Positions 15,710-19,961 of a stretch of DNA of 19,961 nt are shown piece after piece. The DNA comes from Pseudobacteriovorax sp. (GTDB lineage: Bacteria > Bdellovibrionota_B > Oligoflexia > Oligoflexales > Oligoflexaceae): positions 1-19,961 of the forward strand of contig JBNKNM010000094.1 in the NCBI GenBank assembly GCA_050293845.1, written 5' to 3'. Numbering within the stretch: the first letter of the stretch is position 1; each line of letters starts with the position of its first letter. The position numbers and the translations under genes were made by a program. The notes below the pieces were generated by a model. The model saw only the letters and a program-made list of their open reading frames with translations, did not search any database and was not told the origin of the DNA.

Positions 15710-16543
15710 TTGATAGCTAAGCAATATCATTTCAAAAAGTATACTGGTAGGCCCGCTCCCATTATAATCTCAATTCCTCATATGGGGACAGAGATCCCAT
15801 CAGAAATCGCAAAAAATATGGACCCTGTAATGCTTTCGCAACTGAGTGATACTGACTGGATCGTCGATCAACTTTATCCCTTTGCCTCGCGTCTGGGAAT
15901 CAGCGTCCTTAAGGCTAATTACTCACGGTATGTTATAGACCTTAACCGCCCTGTCAATTCTTCTCCTTTATATCAGGATGGAAGACAAGAAACCACCATC
16001 GTACCATATCATAATTTTGATGGTAGGAACCTCTATAGACCAGGCTTAGAGCCCACAAAGGAGGATATAGCCGAACGCATTGCCAAATATTACGATCCTT
16101 ACCATCAAAAATTACAAAATGAGATCAAAAAGCTCAAGGCTAGTTTTGACACCATTCTATTATTCGAAGCCCACTCTATACGGCGCTTTGTTCCCAAACT
16201 GTACCCTAATCCTTTTCCCGACCTTATGCTAGGTAATCAGAATAACAGTACCTGTCCTCAGCAAGTGATAGACAGAGCCGAAAGAATACTTGCCTCAGGT
16301 AGCTATCAAGTGTCAAAGAATCAGCCTTTTATGGGTGGTTTCATTACCCGTAGTTTTGCCAATGTCGATCAAAACATCTATACACTACAGTTAGAAAAAT
16401 CACAGGATATTTACCTGGCAAAAGATCGAACCCTGCAGCAAGAAAAGGGTGAAAAGCTTATTATCACCCTGGAAAATATGTTCTTAGGAATCATTGAGGA
16501 ATTAAAAAACTATGAAAACCTATTGGTGCCAAAATATTTATAA
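15710..16543 (+). CDS. hutG: N-formylglutamate deformylase/amidohydrolase
   Basis: ISIPHMGT, DTDW, SRYVIDLNRP, YYDPYH, EAHSIR, PFMGGFITR, LQLE; TTG start with AAGGA 7 nt upstream; adjacent to hutF. Confidence 0.9.
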   Translation: MIAKQYHFKKYTGRPAPIIISIPHMGTEIPSEIAKNMDPVMLSQLSDTDWIVDQLYPFASRLGISVLKANYSRYVIDLNRPVNSSPLYQDGRQETTIVPYHNFDGRNLYRPGLEPTKEDIAERIAKYYDPYHQKLQNEIKKLKASFDTILLFEAHSIRRFVPKLYPNPFPDLMLGNQNNSTCPQQVIDRAERILASGSYQVSKNQPFMGGFITRSFANVDQNIYTLQLEKSQDIYLAKDRTLQQEKGEKLIITLENMFLGIIEELKNYENLLVPKYL

Positions 16544-17891
16544 TGGACAATGTTGGCTGGGGCCAAGCCAAATTAAAGTAAATGATTTCGGTATAGTAGA
16601 GGATATCATTTCGTCATCTCAAAAGGCGATCACCGATCAAGATCTCGGTGGATTGGTGATCCCTGGATTTCAGAACTGTCATTCCCATATTTTCCAATAT
16701 GTCATGGCTGGGTTAGTGGAACATACCAGTAGCGGTAAAGATGATTTTTGGTCCTGGCGCAACACCATGTATAAGGTTGCCAATATCTTAACCCCAGATC
16801 AGCTGGAGGTGATCGCCAGTCTTTTTTTTGCAGAATCCTTGGCACATGGTTATAGCTCCCATGTTGAGTTTCACTACCTTCATCATGATAGAAATGGAAA
16901 ACCATACCAGCAAAAAAATATCATGGCAGAATCCATAGCTGCTGCTGCTCAGAAAACAGGTATGCAGCTCACCATAATTCCAGTTTACTATAATAGAGGC
17001 GGCTTTGAGCAAAGCATTTTGCCCGAACAGAGGCGATTTTACTCATCAAATACAGATGAGTATTTTCAGCTCATTACCGAAATCTCCTCCTTGACCTCGC
17101 AATATCCTTTTATCTTAGGTCAAGGTGTTCATTCGGTACGAGCTGCAACACTTGCTGACTGCGCTAATATTCTGAACTCTAGCCCTAGTACTGGTCCTAA
17201 TCATATTCATATCGCGGAGCAAGAAAAGGAGGTCACGGAATTTCTCGAGCTATACGGTAGCCGACCGGTAGAATGGCTGCTAGAAAATATTCACAGACCA
17301 ACAAACATGGTTCATGCAACTCATATATCTGAAGAAGAATCTATTGCACTTGCGAAATCTCAGCACAATGTTGTGCTTTGCCCATCTACTGAAGGCAACC
17401 TAGGGGACGGCATCTTTCCCCTAGCGCATTACCATAAAATGGGAGGAAAGTGGTGTATTGGTACTGATTGCCATATCAATCTATCGCCTCTTACTGAATT
17501 GAATCTCGCCGACTACTGCCAGCGATTTCTAACAAAATCGCGAAATCCTCTGCTTTCAGAACATGGCGGCGATACAGGGCAGGAGATTTTTACTCGGGTT
17601 CAAAGTAGTTCTTTAGTAGCGACAGGAGTTAGCAGTAGCATAACAAAAGGAGAATACCTCCGTGCCATCGTTATCGACAATACACATCCCATTCTCACAC
17701 AAAAACCCATAAAACGAGCATTGTCTGGACTGATTTATGGCAATAATCAATCTTTAATAAAAGCGACTTTAGTTGCAGGAGATATCATTGCTGAAAAGGG
17801 GCAACACAAAAATGCAGAAATTTTTCGGGATCAGTATACAAATATCATAAATGTGATTATAGCATCACTTAATCAAGGCCTTAACAGCTGA
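16512..17891 (+). CDS. hutF: Formimidoylglutamate deiminase
   Basis: PGFQNCHSHIFQYVMAG, DDFWSWRNTMY, VEFHYLHH, HSVRA, HIHIAEQEKEV, VHATH, LCPSTEGNLGDGIF, IGTDCH. Confidence 0.93.
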   Translation: MKTYWCQNIYNGQCWLGPSQIKVNDFGIVEDIISSSQKAITDQDLGGLVIPGFQNCHSHIFQYVMAGLVEHTSSGKDDFWSWRNTMYKVANILTPDQLEVIASLFFAESLAHGYSSHVEFHYLHHDRNGKPYQQKNIMAESIAAAAQKTGMQLTIIPVYYNRGGFEQSILPEQRRFYSSNTDEYFQLITEISSLTSQYPFILGQGVHSVRAATLADCANILNSSPSTGPNHIHIAEQEKEVTEFLELYGSRPVEWLLENIHRPTNMVHATHISEEESIALAKSQHNVVLCPSTEGNLGDGIFPLAHYHKMGGKWCIGTDCHINLSPLTELNLADYCQRFLTKSRNPLLSEHGGDTGQEIFTRVQSSSLVATGVSSSITKGEYLRAIVIDNTHPILTQKPIKRALSGLIYGNNQSLIKATLVAGDIIAEKGQHKNAEIFRDQYTNIINVIIASLNQGLNS

Positions 17892-18125
17892 CTTAGAATT
17901 ACGTAGTCGATCGCGGAAGTTTGAACGCAGCTGCACCATTGATTGCAGACTTTGCTTATTACGGCCTTGTAGAAAAAAACCTGCAGGGGCTTTCATTTTG
18001 CCATCTACCATGGTTGAATCAAAATCCATTTCTGTCATGAGCTTACCTTCTCGTTTCATAGAATTCTTTTGAGCTAATAAAACAGAAGATGATAACAAAA
18101 ATGCTAATATTATGAATAGCTTCAT
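17865..18125 (-). CDS. cglF: Small secreted protein resembling the adventurous gliding motility protein CglF/GltF
   Basis: Signal peptide, then MDFDSTMVDGKMKAPAGFFLQGR...SMVQLRSNF, matching the recalled DF..x.I.G.L.KP...R.NF pattern of CglF; ATGA overlap with the upstream TPR gene. Confidence 0.6.
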   Translation of the reverse strand: MKLFIILAFLLSSSVLLAQKNSMKREGKLMTEMDFDSTMVDGKMKAPAGFFLQGRNKQSLQSMVQLRSNFRDRLRNSKSAVKALIK

Positions 18126-19252
18126 TCAGCTAACTCCCTTTCTAAGGCTTCTATAGAATTATCATTTGGTTTATATTCTGGCTTTGGTTTGCTCTTTGGC
18201 TTAGATACAGAGGGACGATGCACAGTTTGTTTCTTTTCTTTTTTCTTTGTCGTCAAAGATTTATCTAAATTATTGCCAACTACAGGATTTTTAGATGCAA
18301 CTTCCTGATTCTGACGGATTTGTTCAGCAAGCTCCTTGATATCGGAATCAGATACTTTCTCACCTTGCATTTCTTTCTTGGTTTTTAACCGTTCTATCAT
18401 CGCAAAAACTTCTTTATTTCTCTGCTCTTTTGCATAATCGCTTTCAAGATATGCCCGGAGATAATCAAGAGAATCATCAAAATTCTTTCTTTTTTCCTCT
18501 AATACTGCTAGATTATACATGGCTAAAGCATTTTTTGAATCAACATCGATGACATCTTTGTAAAGTTCCTCAGCCTGCTGGAATTGCCCCCGACTAGCTT
18601 TAATTACTGCAAGGTGTAACTTTGCATCAATATGGTGGGGCATTACTTTCAATACTCTTTCAAACTCTACAGCAGCTCGTCCAATCTGGCGATAGTGCAT
18701 ATACAATACTCCCAGATTCATCCGCGTCGCTACATCTCCAGGATTATACTTGAGCGCTTCTTTAAACAGATACATAGCACCTGAAGGGCGGTCCCGTGAC
18801 AACTCAATGAGTCCCTTAAGATTTAAGGCAATGGAGTCTTTATTTACAGCTTTTCCTAAGCTATTCAATAAAATATCCGCCATATCAAAATATCCACGCC
18901 GATAGTATGTTTGGGCAAGAATGAGTTTGGCATCACGATTATCAAGGTCATATTTAAGAGCTTGACGGCAATATTTATCGGCCTCATCATACTTACCTTG
19001 TGCTAATTTGATTTGAGACAGGTTTAATAAACTATCAACATCTTTACCACTTTTCTCTACTTTAGCCAGCAAATCTTTCTCCAAGCTTTCCAATGCTCCT
19101 TCTTTTTGTAGAGCTAAGACGGCACTTCCAGGATCTGCTTGAGATTGTATTTCAATATTCTTACGGCGTACATCCACCTTGGTAACTAAAGATGCTGTTT
19201 GGCAAGAAGCAAACAATATAGTAAATAAACTAAAAATCGCAAATCGACTCAT
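18122..19252 (-). CDS. TPR-repeat lipoprotein, GltE/AglT-like gliding motility component
   Basis: Lipobox LFAS-C after ATG 19252 (SD AAGGAG at 19264-19259); multiple TPRs (LLNLSQI, ALNLKGL, RMNLGVLY, MYNLAVL); K/P-rich tail; lies between GltD-like and GltF-like genes. Confidence 0.7.
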   Translation of the reverse strand: MSRFAIFSLFTILFASCQTASLVTKVDVRRKNIEIQSQADPGSAVLALQKEGALESLEKDLLAKVEKSGKDVDSLLNLSQIKLAQGKYDEADKYCRQALKYDLDNRDAKLILAQTYYRRGYFDMADILLNSLGKAVNKDSIALNLKGLIELSRDRPSGAMYLFKEALKYNPGDVATRMNLGVLYMHYRQIGRAAVEFERVLKVMPHHIDAKLHLAVIKASRGQFQQAEELYKDVIDVDSKNALAMYNLAVLEEKRKNFDDSLDYLRAYLESDYAKEQRNKEVFAMIERLKTKKEMQGEKVSDSDIKELAEQIRQNQEVASKNPVVGNNLDKSLTTKKKEKKQTVHRPSVSKPKSKPKPEYKPNDNSIEALERELAE

Positions 19253-19262
19253 ATATCTCTCC

Positions 19263-19961
19263 TTATTGGACAAACTGGGCAACAGCATCTTGCCAAAGCA
19301 ATCTATGTGATAAGTAGACCGGCATTACATTTTTTTCATTGACAAGAGGGTACTTATCTTCATTTATTTGTGTCATCTTCTCACGTGCTAACCGTGTCCA
19401 GTTGGTAAAAGTTTGAACTTCCTTTGATCGCGTTAAAGCCATCTCAAAATATTTTTCTGATTCTTCTCTTAATGGAAATGCAACCTTTTCAATAGCGGAT
19501 CTGTACTGATCAATCTCCATTTGTGATGCTCCTTTGGGAGCAGGAGCTGCAAAAAGTTCATCAGCAAAATTTTCGTGCATTTCTCCGACACGAAACAATG
19601 AAGCCACAGTATATTCACCACTTCCCAAGTCAATAACATCCTGATAGCGTCCCACTAGGTATTTCAGTCTATTTTGCTTTGCTTTTACTTCATTTTCTAT
19701 TCTTTTTGCATTACTGACACCTATTTTTTTAAAATTCACAAATGATGGATTTAGATCATTGAACATGGAGCGCGCAATAATCCTTCTAGAATCAAATGCA
19801 GGTGTAGATCCTTTTTTAACCAACCTTTTATATAAGTGACCAAAGAGCTTACCACCTGATTTCTTTGCATAGTTGTTGTATTGAATCTCTGCAGCTTTAG
19901 CCATCGCATAATAGTAGGTCTCTGACTCTTTATTATGCTTCCATGCATATTTTTTAAAGTA
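19263..19961 (-). CDS. C-terminal part of a large TPR protein, GltD/AgmU-like (5'-truncated by the window edge)
   Basis: The frame stays open from 19904 to the window end (YFKKYAWKH...); motif YTVASLFRVGEMHENFADELFAAPAP...YR...AFPL...FEMAL...NW resembles the AgmU C-terminus. Confidence 0.65.
   Translation of the reverse strand, partial: YFKKYAWKHNKESETYYYAMAKAAEIQYNNYAKKSGGKLFGHLYKRLVKKGSTPAFDSRRIIARSMFNDLNPSFVNFKKIGVSNAKRIENEVKAKQNRLKYLVGRYQDVIDLGSGEYTVASLFRVGEMHENFADELFAAPAPKGASQMEIDQYRSAIEKVAFPLREESEKYFEMALTRSKEVQTFTNWTRLAREKMTQINEDKYPLVNEKNVMPVYLSHRLLWQDAVAQFVQ

Noticed and set aside
342..19948. Other short alternative-frame or antisense ORFs in the track (e.g. 406-657, 5724-6017, 8415-8660, 13748-14056, 19751-19948)
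   Set aside because: They overlap well-supported genes and show no protein-family motifs
1..19961. tRNA, rRNA, transposase, integrase or prophage genes
   Set aside because: No cloverleaf, rRNA-like or mobile-element coding signatures were seen by inspection

Overview
AT-rich bacterial chromosomal window, most consistent with Bdellovibrionota (Oligoflexia-like); the taxon is inferred from the GltD/E/F-like genes and the overall gene content, not proven. Gene order: argP/lysG <> argO/lysE; an accessory two-gene module (HTH antitoxin-like gene + RES-domain toxin) preceded by 9-bp tandem repeats; a Fur-family regulator; yceD directly followed by rpsB-tsf-pyrH-frr (no rpmF); a sigma-54 activator lacking a sensory domain; a GT4 glycosyltransferase + WcaJ-type phosphoglycosyltransferase; a matrixin-like lipoprotein; an OmpR-type regulator + stand-alone Hpt converging on a Cys-rich/HDOD protein; hutG-hutF; and the 3' end of a gltD-gltE-gltF(cglF)-like gliding cluster. 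The most unusual element is the RES toxin-antitoxin-like module. Its partner has an internally duplicated HTH, its toxin has a ~30-aa insertion, and its tandem-repeat array overlaps a sigma-28-like promoter motif that recurs upstream of two other operons. All calls come from reading the sequence; no database searches were run.
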